A DNA stretch of 63,967 bases, filler included, from Octopus bimaculoides (GCF_001194135.2; 8 parts of 7 records of this genome joined end to end with filler, not necessarily neighbours in it), one strand, 5' to 3'. Counted from the whole stretch's first letter, positions 25,104 to 37,747 are shown. Notes: a model not told the origin generated them from the sequence alone. Numbers and translations are program-made.

Positions 25104-25520
25104 TTACGCAATGCATTTGTAGCGGGCAGATTGTCCCGGATAGTTACAAGTAGATGAGACTTGGGGGTTGGGCTCTGTGGTAGATGAGGTATCATTGTTG
25201 GAGGATATGCTATGTAAGGATGTAGAAGAATCTAGATCAATGGAAATATTGTTAAAGTTATTATTATTATAAGATATGGTAGTATCATTATCGGGTATAT
25301 TAGTGGGCTGGGATCTACTGTGGTCGTGTTCAAGTGTACGAGTGTCAGTGTTAGATGTACGTATATGAATGTCTATGTTGGGTATGTGCATGCGCTGAGT
25401 GCTATTATTAGCATAGTTATAGTTATAGTTGTGTGAGTTTTGGTAATAGAGTGAAAATGAGATGTCAGTGTTATTTTCTTTTTTGTGTAATTTAGACAAC
25501 AGTTTATTCGCACCTTGTAT
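25104..25520 (-). other. Asn/Ser/Thr-rich open frame ending in a Cys motif (TCNYPGQSARYKCIA)
   Basis: About 138 codons open outside microsatellite; ends at TGC/GTAAGA, a possible donor. Exon versus TE remnant unresolved. Confidence 0.35.
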
Positions 25521-25552
25521 GTATGTATGTATGTATCTATCTNNNNNNNNNN

Positions 25553-25584
<32 letters not shown>

Positions 25585-25586
<2 letters not shown>

Positions 25587-25800
25587 ATAATAATTATCAT
25601 CATCAACATTTAATGTCTGTTTTCCATGCTGGCATGGGTTGAACAGCTTGATAAGAACTAGCAAGGCCAGGGGCTGCACCAGGTCCGATAGTCTGTTTTG
25701 GCTTGATTTCTATGGCTGGATACCCTTCCTAGCACCAACCACTCTACAAACCATACTTGTTGCTTTTTACATGACACCAACACCCACATTAATCTTTTTA
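25585..25800 (-). mobile_element. SINE with RTE-type 3' tail (taggaagggtatccagcc...aacccatgccagcatggaaaac...gatgatg)
   Basis: Reverse complement of the tail of 35468-35740. Confidence 0.8.
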
Positions 25801-25908
25801 TGTAGCACCTTGGTTTTAGGATCTCAAATCTGTTGTTGTGGGTAGGTCTTCTCGAGTACAGCATATATATGTATATATATTTGCACAATCAGCTTCTTTC
25901 AGTATCCA

Positions 25909-25940
<32 letters not shown>

Positions 25941-26189
25941 GCCATCTTGGAATCCATAACTTTAAAAAAATATGCACTCATACATTTGTCAATGGAGTAG
26001 GTATATTAATAGAAGTTTACAGTATTATATATCCATTATAGCTGATTTTGTCAATCAGTTTCACACTAGTTGTTCAACAGAGGTGTTAGGTAACAGCCCG
26101 ATTATGTGAACTTGCACTCTTCAGAGATGGTAGTTATGGAATGAAATATGGTGACTACTCTCTATTGTTGGAGGGTAAAAGACATGTCT

Positions 26190-26690
26190 CGTTTGTAGTT
26201 GAAAAAGACAACAAAACGAACCAGGGTTAAGTTATTCCCCTTGGCATCAAAACTCCATCTCTAGGGGTGTTTGCAAGGTGACAAAAGTTTTCTGGAAAAT
26301 TGTGCATGGGAAATGTGTGCTTGTTTTAGGGATAATTTTCTTGTAGAATTGGAATGTATATAGTGGTACTATATGTGTAGCATATAATAGGGGTGAGGGT
26401 TGTTGTGAAAGTTTGTGGGAGCAACTGAAGGCCCTTTCAGAACTTGATATATGAACAACAATTCCTCTTTCAACATCCCAGAGACACAAAATATCACAAA
26501 CCTGGCCAAACATGTATGGTCACTGAAAGAAAGTTCCACAGAATACAGAATAGAGTGGGGATATTACAGAAATGTAAAGTTTACTTCAATAGCAAGTGAA
26601 AGTATAGATTATGCCTGGTTGAGAAAAGAACTCTCAGCACCCAGGCATCTATCTGAACAGCAGAAGTAAAATTTTTAATCCTTGCCCAAA
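26190..26690 (+). mobile_element. Penelope-like element, GIY-YIG endonuclease C-terminal part (dead)
   Basis: FVGATEGPFRT*YMNNNSSFN..NITNLAKHVWSLKE..EYRIEW / LQKCKVY..RLCLVEK, matching YIGxT..FK.R..NH..SF and CxLCLxEK motifs. Confidence 0.8.
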
Positions 26691-27399
26691 TGTGTGTGTG
26701 TGTACATATATGTACACACATATATGAAAGGAGGTACAACCTATCATACTTATGTGCCCCCCATGACTATAACCCCCAGTCCCCCAACTTCGGCTCGCTC
26801 ACCATCAATTCCTGGGAATCTGGGAAAGAGCTTGACCAGAACATACACAATTGTAGTCAGAAACACACACATCCAAGCATGCAGACATACACCTAAAAAG
26901 CCCTTTTCTACCCTACCACCCCAATTTAAGCCCCCACATGCATAGTACCCTTACACACACACCAGGCCTTCATAAATGCTCCAAAGTATTTAACTAAAAN
27001 NNNNNNNNNNNNNNNNNNNNNNNNNNNNNNNNNNNNNNNNNNNTTAATTAATTAANNNNNNNNNNNNNNNNNNNNNNNNNNNNNNNNNNNNNNNNNNNNA
27101 GATAGAGGCAGAGAGATGTATCAAAGAAGATTAGAAAATTCGAGTAAGAGAGGTTAGGGGTCACTGCAAGCAAAATTGTTCACACACAATTTGCTTTAAG
27201 GGGTTGTTTTTTATTAATTTTTTTTTGTTTTTGTCGTGGTGGTAGTGGAAGGGGTCGAAAAAAAAAAAAGGTTACACTTCAGTCATGGAGAAAACGGGTT
27301 AGCCAGACGTGTGAAGGGGTAGAGTCGTTTTGGCACAGAGACAAAGTGAAAGTGAAAGAGAAAGAGAGAGTGTATGTGTGATGATGAGTAGAAACTAGC

Positions 27400-29850
27400 A
27401 AATTCGATGTTGACATTTCACACGTTCAACTGCACATGCGCACAGACGACACGGCACGCGTCAAACACACGCACGCACACACACACACTTCCTTCCTTCA
27501 CACTATCACACACACACACGCGCGTGTAGTATGTGCGTGTGTGTGTATAGGCGCGCACGTACTCGTCGCGCGCACACAGTCGCATGTGTCAGCGGATAGA
27601 TGCAATGAAGCGGGCGGCCGTAGTGCCCCTTTTCCGTGTGTGCGTACATGCACACACACATGCACACACGTATGCATGCGTGCACACAGACACACTCGCA
27701 CTCACGCACGCGCGCACACTCGCTCACTCTCACTCGATTCTCACACGTGCACTCACCCTCACGCTCTCGCTAGCTCAGCTTCACACGTGCATGTATATGT
27801 AAGTGGGTGTGTGGACGTACGTGTGGGGGGGCTGAATGTATAGGTATGCGCGCCTATTAATAAATATATGTGTAGGAGTATTTAAATGTATTTGAATGTA
27901 TATATGGTTAATAAAACGTTTCTATTAAATTACACACTCGTTCACAATGAGATACATAGGTATAAACTCATAAACAGACACACACATACATATATATACC
28001 ACTACATCACACAGAAAGCCGTGTAAAAAGATACACGTGTAAATTCACACAGTAACTGTACAACAATAATAATCACAAAAACCGAATGAACCGTATTATT
28101 GCAGGGGCTGTTGTTTGAGCCCCAGGTGACAACTGAACGAACCGGCCCTATGTTCAAAGGTATTCCAAACGTGACAGTCCCATATTTTCCACATATATTT
28201 AGGGTGTCCAGAGCCACATTATCCCGTCGTGTTCTTTTTTTTTTTTTTTTTAAGATAGTGGGGTTAAAACGAGGAAGATATTGCTGCTATTTCTAGCAGT
28301 TCTAGTGACCATGTAGAGGCGTCCTTGTTATAAATGGTGGTGGTGGTGGTGGTGGTGGTGGTGGTGATGCTGTGTTGTGGGTATTGTTTTTTGTTGTTCT
28401 GGTAATTAATTAACCCCGGGGGCCCCGAGTGAATCCTTATTAATGACCAGCTATTATGGTAACGGGGAATTTATATTCGAGACCATTCCAGTTTTGTATG
28501 TGTGTGTGTGTGTTTGAGTGTGGCTATTGTTGGTGGTGTTGTTGTTGTTGCTGCTGCCTCTACTCATGCTGCTCCCGCCGCCGCTCACATGTGTCCCGAT
28601 GACGCGAGAAGCAAGAAATAATGAAGAAACAAGGAATAAAAAATACATATAAATCGCGATGCACGAGGCTGTGACGTGAAAGAATACTGAACGAGGTTGA
28701 TGTGGGTATAGCCACAGTGGTTATGTTGTGTTGTTGTGGCGCTAGTATAGAGGGTTTGGGTGACAAGGGAAATGGTAGATATAGTACGAGAAATAACGTT
28801 GGGTTTGTATGGGTGTTAGTACAAAGGTATTAAGACAAGGGTAACAGTGAAGATGGTATAAAGGGCTGGTTTGTGCTGTATAGGCTAAAGTAGTAAAGGA
28901 TTTAGCAATGTTGTTACTATATTGGGGTGTAGTGTTGATGGTCGTGTGGGGGAGACGGGTAGTATTGTAGTGTATAGGCTACGGTTGTAAAGGGTGTTGT
29001 GGTCGTGTTAGTGTTGTGGTACAGTTGTGTCGTATCCGGGGTATTACTGGGAATAGAATGTCGATGTTAACCGTGAAGAGATATCGGTGGTTGTGGTGGT
29101 AGTAAGGGGTGAGGTGAGGGAAATTACAGTATCGGCTGTAGTAATGAAAGGGTGTTAGTCGCGTCAGTGTTATTGTATTGCATTGTATTAGTGGTAGTAC
29201 ATAGAGATAACCTGACCGCGGGGAAGATGGTACTAGTGTGAGAAGGACAGGTGGTTAGTGGTAGTGGCTAGTAATGTATGTGTTGCAGTAGTGAAGGCTG
29301 TAGTCTGTTTAGTGTTGTGTTCTACAGTATAGTACAGTATAGAATGGGTTTCGCAACGGAAGCGGTGATGATGGTGAAGGAACTGGTATCGTGTTGTACT
29401 GGGGGTCGTGATGGGTGGCAATGATTTGATGATGACGATGATGATGATGGTAGTGGAGGTAGTGTGTAAATACAGAAAGTTGTTATATATATATGTGTGT
29501 GTATGTGTGTGTAACTGTGTGTGTGTGTGTGTGTGTGTATTATATAGCCTCCTTGACACTTGACTGATGTCGCCGACTGATGTTGCTGTTGTTGTTACAA
29601 TGGTTGTTGCTGGCGTCGTTCGTAGACGTTGGTGGTGGTGGTAGTTGTGGTAGTAGTAATCCCAGCCAGGAATTTTGTAATCCTCTTGTGTAATAAAATA
29701 GATAGATGGGTAGATAGAATGATAAACAGGTGGAGACAGACAGACAGGCAGGTAGGAAGAGAGATGTTGCTCTCAGCCTGTGGTTTAAAACGTCCGTACG
29801 TTCCGACCGTCCGCCTGTATGATGATGTGCGTGCGTCAGTAGAGAGATGA
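27400..29850. promoter_or_regulatory. CpG-enriched, strand-skewed, largely unique block; possible promoter, long UTR or lncRNA
   Basis: Visibly more CpG and CGCG than the flanks; TAAT clusters around ccccgggggcccc (28400-28460); TGACG motifs; no credible ORF. Confidence 0.3.
28095..28325 (+). mobile_element. Old SINE-like repeat family D
   Basis: gagccccaggtgacaactgaacgaaccggccctatgttcaaaggtattcc...gctgctatttctagcag. Confidence 0.6.
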
Positions 29851-30239
29851 GACGAGGTGAGTAGCAGTAGTAGGAGGGAATGAGTGAACGAAAGTGAAAG
29901 TGAAGAGGAGAGAGAGAGAGTATAGAGAAAGATACTGTAGGTTTGGAAGCAAGAGGATGGAGAATGGAAATTGAATATAAGAGAAAGATAGAAAGAGAGA
30001 GGGGGGAGAAAAGGGAGATGCCATATAGTGGTAGAGTAGATATTAGAGGGAGGTGCAAAAACGCATGAGGATTAGACGGAGGAAATTGTTATAAGATCTA
30101 AAAAAGGGGAGGAGGAGGAGGAGGTAAAGGAGAGGGGGAGTAGGGATATATGAAGAGAAGAGAAGGGGTTACGAGGAGAGAAAGAAAGAGAGAGAGAGAG
30201 GAGTAGGTGTTATGTTTTTTAGCCTCAGATGAAATCTAT

Positions 30240-30420
30240 TTGAAGAACTGTCTAAAAGGATTCCAAGCATGACCCTTCCGATTTTTTTTATTCGTAAATC
30301 TAGGACTAAATACATTTTCCAAAATGTCCTTTAATTTTTATCTTTCTCAAAGTCGATAGGGCTTGATTTGGAGGGAATTTGGCTGCTATTTCTTGCGAGC
30401 GACCACATTCAGAGTTCTCT
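30240..30420 (+). mobile_element. Old SINE-like repeat family D
   Basis: aaaggattccaagcatgacc...gatttggagggaatttggctgctatttc. Confidence 0.6.
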
Positions 30421-30470
30421 CTTTCCTTAAGATGGCGCTGGCGCTGGTGCTAGTAGTTGGTGGAGACAAC

Positions 30471-30522
30471 AGTGTTGGCGGTAGTACAGCTCACTAGTAG
30501 TACAGCTACTACCGCCAACACT
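30471..30522. other. Perfect 16-bp inverted repeat with 20-nt loop
   Basis: agtgttggcggtagta ... tactaccgccaacact. Confidence 0.9.
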
Positions 30523-32349
30523 TGTGGTAGTGACAGTAGTAATAATAGTACTGGTCGTGTTGGAAGTAGTGGTGGTGGTGATGGTGGTGGTGGTAGTAGT
30601 GGTGGTGGTGATGGTGGTGGTAGTAGTGGTGGTGATGGTGGTGGTAGTAGTTGTGGTGGTGNNNNNNNNNNNNNNNNNNNNNNNNNNNNNNNNNNNNNNN
30701 NNNNNNNNNNNNNNNNNNNNNNNNNNNNNNNNNNNNNNNNNNNNNNNNNNNNNNNNNNNNNNNNNNNNNNNNNNNNNNNNNNNNNNNNNNNNNNNNNNNN
30801 NNNNNNNNNNNNNNNNNNNNNNNNNNNNNNNNNNNNNNNNNNNNNNNNNNNNNNNNNNNNNNNNNNNNNNNNNNNNNNNNNNNNNNNNNNNNNNNNNNNN
30901 NNNNNNNNNNNNNNNNNNNNNNNNNNNNNNNNNNNNNNNNNNNNNNNNNNNNNNNNNNNNNNNNNNNNNNNNNNNNNNNNNNNNNNNNNNNNNNNNNNNN
31001 NNNNNNNNNNNNNNNNNNNNNNNNNNNNNNNNNNNNNNNNNNNNNNNNNNNNNNNNNNNNNNNNNNNNNNNNNNNNNNNNNNNNNNNNNNNNNNNNNNNN
31101 NNNNNNNNNNNNNNNNNNNNNNGGGTCAGGGCGGCGGTGGTAGTGGCGGTGTTAGTAGCAATAGTGAAAGTGAAAGTAGTTATGATGGTGATGATGATGG
31201 GTTAGTGCTGTTGTTTGTAGTGGTGGTGGGGGTAGTGACAAATACAGTTGTAGTAGATGTAGTAGTGTTTATAGTGGTAGTGGTGGTGGTGGTGATGGAG
31301 GTTGTGGTAGCGGCGTCGACGGCGGATCAGAAAACCTTCTCCGATCTTTGGTCTCCATTTTCTTATCTTCATCTCATCCAAATTCCTTCACAGCCTAATC
31401 GATGTATATGTGTGCGTATATGTATGTATGTGTGTATGTATGTATGTATGTATGTATGTATGTGTGCGTATATGTATGTATGTACGTGGAGATGCAGAAT
31501 ATTTGTTGCTATGAATATGTCTGTGAAAGACAGTGTGTGTGTGTAGGAGTATGTGTGAGAGAGGATAAATGTGTGTTCATGTGTGTGTGGGAGAGAGAGA
31601 GAATTATGTGTGAAATTGCGGGAATACGTCAGAGAGAGAGTGTGTGTGTGTGAGAGAGAGAGGGAGTGAGAAAGTGAATGTAGAGAGAGAGAGAGGGAGT
31701 AAGAAAGTGAAAGTAGAGAGAGAGAGAGGGAGTGAGAAAGTGAAAGTAGAGGGAAATAGCGCGAATATGTGTGTATGTGAGTATATATGCGTGTATGTAT
31801 GATGGCATGTTTTGCGCGCGTGTGTGTGTGTGCTTATTTGTGTATCTGTGTTTATGTGTGTGTGTGTGTGTGAAAGAGAGAGACCGAACGTGTAAATGTG
31901 TGATTATATATATTTGTGTGTGTGCTTGTGTGAGAGAGAGAGAAAAAGAATGTTTTATGTGTGTGCTTGTGTGTGTAACTGTATATGTGTGTGAGAATAT
32001 GGTTGTGTGAGTATGTATGTATCTCTAAGAGACAATGTGTTTGTGCAAGAAAAGAAAGACTCTGTGTGTGTGTGTGTGTGTGTGTTCTAGCGTTTGTACT
32101 TTTTGCGTGAGTGTGTGTGTGTGTGTATGTGTGTTAGTGTGTGTTAGTTTTCAGTGTGTTTTCGGGTATCTGTGTACATGTGTGAGTGTTTGTGTGTGTG
32201 TGTGTAAATACGTATCTGTGTGGGAGAGAGAGAGAGAAAAACGTGTATGTGTTTGCATATATGTGTGTGTGAGAGAGAGAAAGTGTGTATGTGTGTGAAT
32301 GTATGTTCGGCAGACGACAAGCTACTTTGCTGTTGATCTGATGTCGCGA

Positions 32350-32426
32350 TATATCAGGGGTGGAGAGAGTAAAGGGAGTAAACTGAGGATGAGACAGAAA
32401 CGGAGTGGAGGATGGTGAGTGTGAGA

Positions 32427-32466
<40 letters not shown>

Positions 32467-32916
32467 CAGAGAGAAGAGTGAGACGAAGAGAGAAAGTGGG
32501 AGGTGGAAAGGGGAGTGAAGGGAGTGAGAAAGACGAGTGGGGAGATGAGTGTGAGGAAGGGAGAGGGAGAGGGAGTGAGAAGTGAGAGAGACTGTGAAGA
32601 GGATAAGGAAAGAGGGAGTAAACAGAGAGAAGGGGAGTAAGGGAAAAGGAAGGTAAGACTGAGGAAGGAAGAGAGAGAAGGAAGCTAGATTAAAGGGAGA
32701 GAGAGAGAGAGAGAGAGGGAGAGGTGGAGTAGAGTGGTGAGTGTGTAGTGCAACAAAGAGATAAACGGGGGGGAGGAAGAAATGAGAGGAGGAGGAGAGA
32801 AAATAAAGGAGAGCAGGGAGTAATTAGAACAATAACGAAAGAAAGAAAGAAGGAAAGGTTAAGGAGTAAAGGGAGACACGTAGAGAGGAAAGTAGGAGGG
32901 CTGTAGTGTAGAGAGA

Positions 32917-32950
<34 letters not shown>

Positions 32951-34460
32951 CAGAGAGAGAAAGGGAGAGAGAGAAAGGGAGAGAGAGAAAGGGAGAGAGA
33001 GAAAGAGAGAGACTTAGGAAGGCAAGGTCAAAGATACACAGAGAGAGTAAGAAAAGAGAGTAAGTAGACAAAGGAAGAGGAGTACGAAAAGGGAAGGTAG
33101 GGACTGAGAGAGTGAGAAGAAAACAAATGAGAGGTGGGAGAGAAGGAAGAGGATAAGAAAAGAGAAGGGTGGGAAAGAGTGAGAGTAAGAGGAGTAGGAG
33201 AGAAGTAGGGGGAAAGGAGATCGAGTAAGAAAGGAAAGGGGGGAAAGAAAAGGAGAGAAAAGAAGTGAGAGGGTGAGGGAATAGAATAAGGAAAGGGGGA
33301 AAGGGGTGGGAGGGTAAGAAGAGGGAGAGAAGGGGGAGTGAGGAGAGAGGAAGGTAAGACTGTGAAGAGAGAGGGAGAGTAGAGAGAAAAGGAAAGAAAA
33401 TGATTGGCTGATAGAGAAGTGGAGAGTGGTGGGGAGGGGGAAGTTAGAAAAGGAAAAGGGAGAAGAGAAGAAAGGATGATGAGGGAAGAGGGAAGAGTGG
33501 GAGGGGAAGAGTAAGGGGAGAGAGAGAGAGAGATAAGGGATAAGGGAGAAGGGAGAGAAAATTGGAAAGTGAAGGGGAGAGATGGGGGAGGGAAGGAGGG
33601 ATGGGTGTAGGGTTAAGGGGCTGTGGAGTGGGGAATGAGAAGGACAGAAGAGGGAGAGGTGAAGAGTAAGGGGAGAGGGAGAGAGAGATAAGGGATAAGG
33701 GAGAGAAAATTGGAAAGTGAAAGTGGAGAGATGGGGGAGAGAAGGAGGGATGGGNNNNNNNNNNAGAGAGAGATAAGGGATAAGGGAGAAGGGAGAGAAA
33801 ATTGGAAAGTGAAGGGGAGAGATGGGGGAGGGATGGGGTGTAGGGGTTAATGGGCTGTGGGGTGGGGAATGAGAAGGACAGAAGAGGGAGAGATGAAGAG
33901 TAAGGGGAGAGGGAGAGAAAATTGGAGGGAAGTAGGGAAAAGTAATGGGTGAGAGGGTGAGGTATATGGTGTGCAAAAGGAGAAGAAGAGAAAGGGAGAA
34001 TGAGAAGATTAGGGAGAGAAAGAGAGAGAGAGGGAGAGGGAGAGAGAGACAGACAGACAGAGATACAGAGAGAAAAGAGAGAGAGAGATAGAGAGAGACA
34101 GAGAGAGAGGGAGAGAGAGAGAAAAGAGAGAGAGAGAAAAGAGAGACAGAGAGACAGAGAGAGACAGAGAGACAGAGAGAGAGAGGGGGGAGAGGGAGAG
34201 AGAGAGAGCGAAAAGAGAGAGAGAGAGAAAATAGAGAGAGAGAAAATAGAGAGAGAGAAAATAGAGAGAGAGAAAAGAGAGAGAGAGAAAAGAGAGAGAG
34301 AGAGAGAGAGAGGGGAAAAAGGAGAGCAAAGTGAATGAGAAAGAAGGATGGAAGAAGTAAAGAAGACAATGCATGGGAGAAAGGAGGAGGAGGAGGAGGA
34401 AGGGATGCAAAGAAGTTAGGAGAGTGTGAGTGAAAACTAAGATGAAAGAAAGTGATGGGG
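32350..34460. repeat. ~2.1-kb polypurine/polypyrimidine tract with internal duplicated blocks
   Basis: The + strand is very strongly A/G-rich; a 60-70-bp block recurs at ~33521, ~33680 and ~33764. Confidence 0.9.
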
Positions 34461-34714
34461 AGGTTTTGTTTATGAAGATTGACAGGTTTGTCTCGAATGG
34501 CAAAATGTTTTGATAACAAATGGATTGGCCACGGTTGGAAAAGGCATTTATTTTAAGTCTTCTCAGTTGGAGACTTGGGGCTAAAGCAATAACTACCAAA
34601 ACAACAACAACAAAAACAAAAACAAAAACATTAGCAGCAAACCACAATAACAAAAGCAAAAGGAACTACAACAACAATAATAATAACAACAATAATAATA
34701 ATAATAATCCTTTC

Positions 34715-35180
34715 CACTATAGGCACAAGGCCTGAAATTTTGCGGGGGGAGGGAGTAAGTCGATTAGATTGACCCCAATGCTCAACTGGTACTTAATTTA
34801 TCAACCCCAAAAGGATGAAAGACAAAGTCGACCCGAGCGGCATTTGAACTCAGAACGCTAAGACAGATGACATACCACTAAGCATTTTGCCCAACACACT
34901 AGCGATTCTGCCGGCTTGCCACCTTAATAATAATAATAATAATAATAATAATAGGAATAATCCTTTCTACTACAGGCAGAAGACCTGAAATTTTTTGGGG
35001 GGTGGGGGAGGGGTTTAGTCGATTAGATCGACCCCAGTACACAACTGGTACTTAATTTATCAACCCTCGAAGGATGAAAGGCAAAGCTGACCTCAACAGA
35101 ATTTGAACTCAGAACATTAAGATGCACAAAATGCTGCCAGGCATTTTACCAAGCGTGCTAACGATCTCACCAGCTCGACA
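34715..35180 (-). mobile_element. Two tandem SINE family A copies separated and flanked by (AAT)n
   Basis: 34715-34925 and 34960-35180, each aatcctttc(c/t)act...gaaattt...tttgaactcagaac...cc(a/g)gct. Confidence 0.9.
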
Positions 35181-35181
35181 C

Positions 35182-35227
<46 letters not shown>

Positions 35228-35467
35228 GCAAAACAAAAATGGAAGAGTGCCAATGTTATCAAGTGAAAGATATTTCGGCATCTTGTGTACCTTCCACAGG
35301 TTCAGAAAATAAACTTGTCAATCTGCTTCATTTTGGTTAATATTTATAGGATTGAGGTTACCCCTCCACAAAATATAGTTCACTTGATAGCAAATGGCAC
35401 TCTTCTATTTTTGCTTCTATATCTTCTGGAAGAGTTACATCAGTCCTTTAAATATTATTATTATTAT

Positions 35468-35740
35468 TGCCAGTGCCGCTGGACTGGCTCCTGTGCAGGT
35501 GGCATGTAAAAAACACCATTTTGAGCGTGGCCGTTGCCAGTACCGTGTGACTGGCCCTCGTGCCGGTGGCATGTAAAAGCACCCACTACACTCTCGGACT
35601 GGTTGGCATTAGGAAGGGCATCCAGCTGTAGAAACCTTGTCAGATCAGATTGGAGCTTGGTGCAGCCTTCTGGCTTGCCAGTCCTCAGTCAAACCGTCCA
35701 ACCCATGCTAGCATGGAAAGCAAACGTTAAACGATGATGA
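35468..35740 (+). mobile_element. SINE with RTE-type tail and duplicated gccagt...ggtggcatgtaaaa unit
   Basis: Ends aacccatgctagcatggaaagcaaacgttaaacgatgatgatg. Confidence 0.8.
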
Positions 35741-35760
35741 TGATTAATAATAATAATAAT

Positions 35761-36339
35761 GGTTCTCATGGCTTCTGATCTTGTGCGGATGCAGTACCAT
35801 GCAGTGATTCTCATGGCTTCTGATCTTAATTGATTGGAAGTGTTATCATGTACATTGTTTTGTCTTGGTATAAAAAGATGGGCTACAGCAAATATTCTGC
35901 TTAATACCACAGATTTACTTGTCAGTTGTTTGACCTTAACCAGTTGGGCATGTCCCTTGGTGGCTGACGATATGTGCATCTTTGGTCACGAGCAGAAGTA
36001 GTGGGGGAGCATCATAGCCATGTGTTGAGAGGAATTCTTTGGGGTTTGAATAATTCACCTTTGGAAACATGGGTGTTTTGCTCAACACCCTTAAACAAAC
36101 CTTATTCAAGGACCTTTTGAACGGGATGGGCTACTCGACCTGAAGAAAATTCTAGCTGGGCCCCACCTGCAAGGTCATGCGCTATTTATCTTGATATAAG
36201 ATCACCATGTTGCACACATGTGGTTGTGATGCATGTGCCTGGTCTACCCTTATCAGACGGGTAGTCATGATGGGTATAATGGGCTTCGTATATTTGTACC
36301 CCAGTGTCACTTTGATGGCATGCACTGCTCTCTCACTCA
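35761..36339 (+). mobile_element. Element X copy 3, with a short duplication of its left end
   Basis: ttctcatggcttctgatctt occurs twice (35763 and 35808); flanked by (AAT)n. Confidence 0.9.
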
Positions 36340-36557
36340 ATAACAATAATAATAATATTGATAATAATAATCACAACAGCCACACAGACAACATAGAAGA
36401 AACAGCAACTACAAAAACAACAACAATAACACTGAAGTGTTGATTACCTTCAGAAGTCAAACAACGTCGGTATTTGCACGATTCTGAAACAGAAGCAAAC
36501 ATATAGTTGTGTAAGCTTGTGTATATACACACACACATACGTACACACACAGACACA

Positions 36558-36615
<58 letters not shown>

Positions 36616-36634
36616 ATGCAAGAACAATGAATAC

Positions 36635-36843
36635 AGGTGCAGGAGTGGTTGTGTGATAAATAACTTGCTTACAAGCCACATAGTTCCGGGTTCAGTCCCA
36701 CTGCATGGCACCTTGGGGCAGGATAGTTGGTCAGCCTGAGGCTATAGTAGAAGACACTTGCCCAAGGTGCCATGCAGTGGGACTGAACCCAGAACCATGT
36801 GGATGGTAAGCAAGCTACTTACCATACAGCCACTCCTGCGCCT
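36635..36843. mobile_element. Inverted pair of SINE family B heads (~85-bp arms, ~38-nt spacer)
   Basis: aggtgcaggagtgg...ccttggggca versus tgcccaagg...ccactcctgcgcct. Confidence 0.9.
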
Positions 36844-37067
36844 ATATAGCACTCTCATATACGAAATGTTGTAACAAAACCAGTGTTGGCTATAATTTGT
36901 ATAAAATTTGTTGAGATAACCTTAACACATGATCTGAGTTCAAATTCCAAGGGGGGGNNNNNNNNNNNNNNNNNNNNNNNNNNNNNNNNNNNNNNNNNNN
37001 NTTAATTAATTAANNNNNNNNNNNNNNNNNNNNNNNNNNNNNNNNNNNNNNNNNNNNCCCCAACATC

Positions 37068-37590
37068 ACTTAACATCCTATGCTGGTGTGTTTACGTCCC
37101 CGTAACTTAGCGGTTCAGCAAAAAGAAACCGATAAAATAAGTACTAGGCTTACAAAGAATAAGTCGTGGGGTCGATTTGCTCGACTAAAGGCGGTGCTCC
37201 AGCATGGCCACAGTCAAATGACTGAAACAAGTAAAAGAGTAAAAGAGTAATTTCTTATTCTCTAGTAAGATTTGCCATCATTAATACTTCCCATGAATAA
37301 AATATATATGGATATACATGAGGTAGTGAGTTCGATTCCCGACCTGGCTGTGTCTTGTGTTCTTGAGCAAGACACTTCGTTTCACGTTGTTCCAATTCAC
37401 TCAACTGTAGAAACGAGTTGTGACGTCACTGGTACTAAACTGTATCGACCTTTGCCTTTCCCGTGAATAACAGCGGTGGCGTGTAGAGGGGAGGTTGATG
37501 TGCATGGGTGACTGCTGGTCTTCCATAAACAGCTTTACCCGCACTCGTGCCTCGGAGGGGAACTTTCTAGGCGCAATCCCATAGTCATAT
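37068..37590 (+). mobile_element. SINE family B tail (37068-37250) followed by a family C-type SINE (37310-37590)
   Basis: gtgtttacgtccccgtaacttagcggttc...gtaaaagagtaaaagagt; then gagttcgattccc...tcttgagcaagacac. Confidence 0.8.
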
Positions 37591-37669
37591 TTTTAATATG
37601 CACACACAGACAACCACAGACACACACACGCACACAAACATACACATATATATGATATATGATATGATA

Positions 37670-37747
<78 letters not shown>

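Noticed and set aside
30457-31546. Gly-rich or Val-rich ORFs spanning the gap
   Set aside because: (GGT/AGT)n low-complexity DNA open in several frames; no splice or start context.
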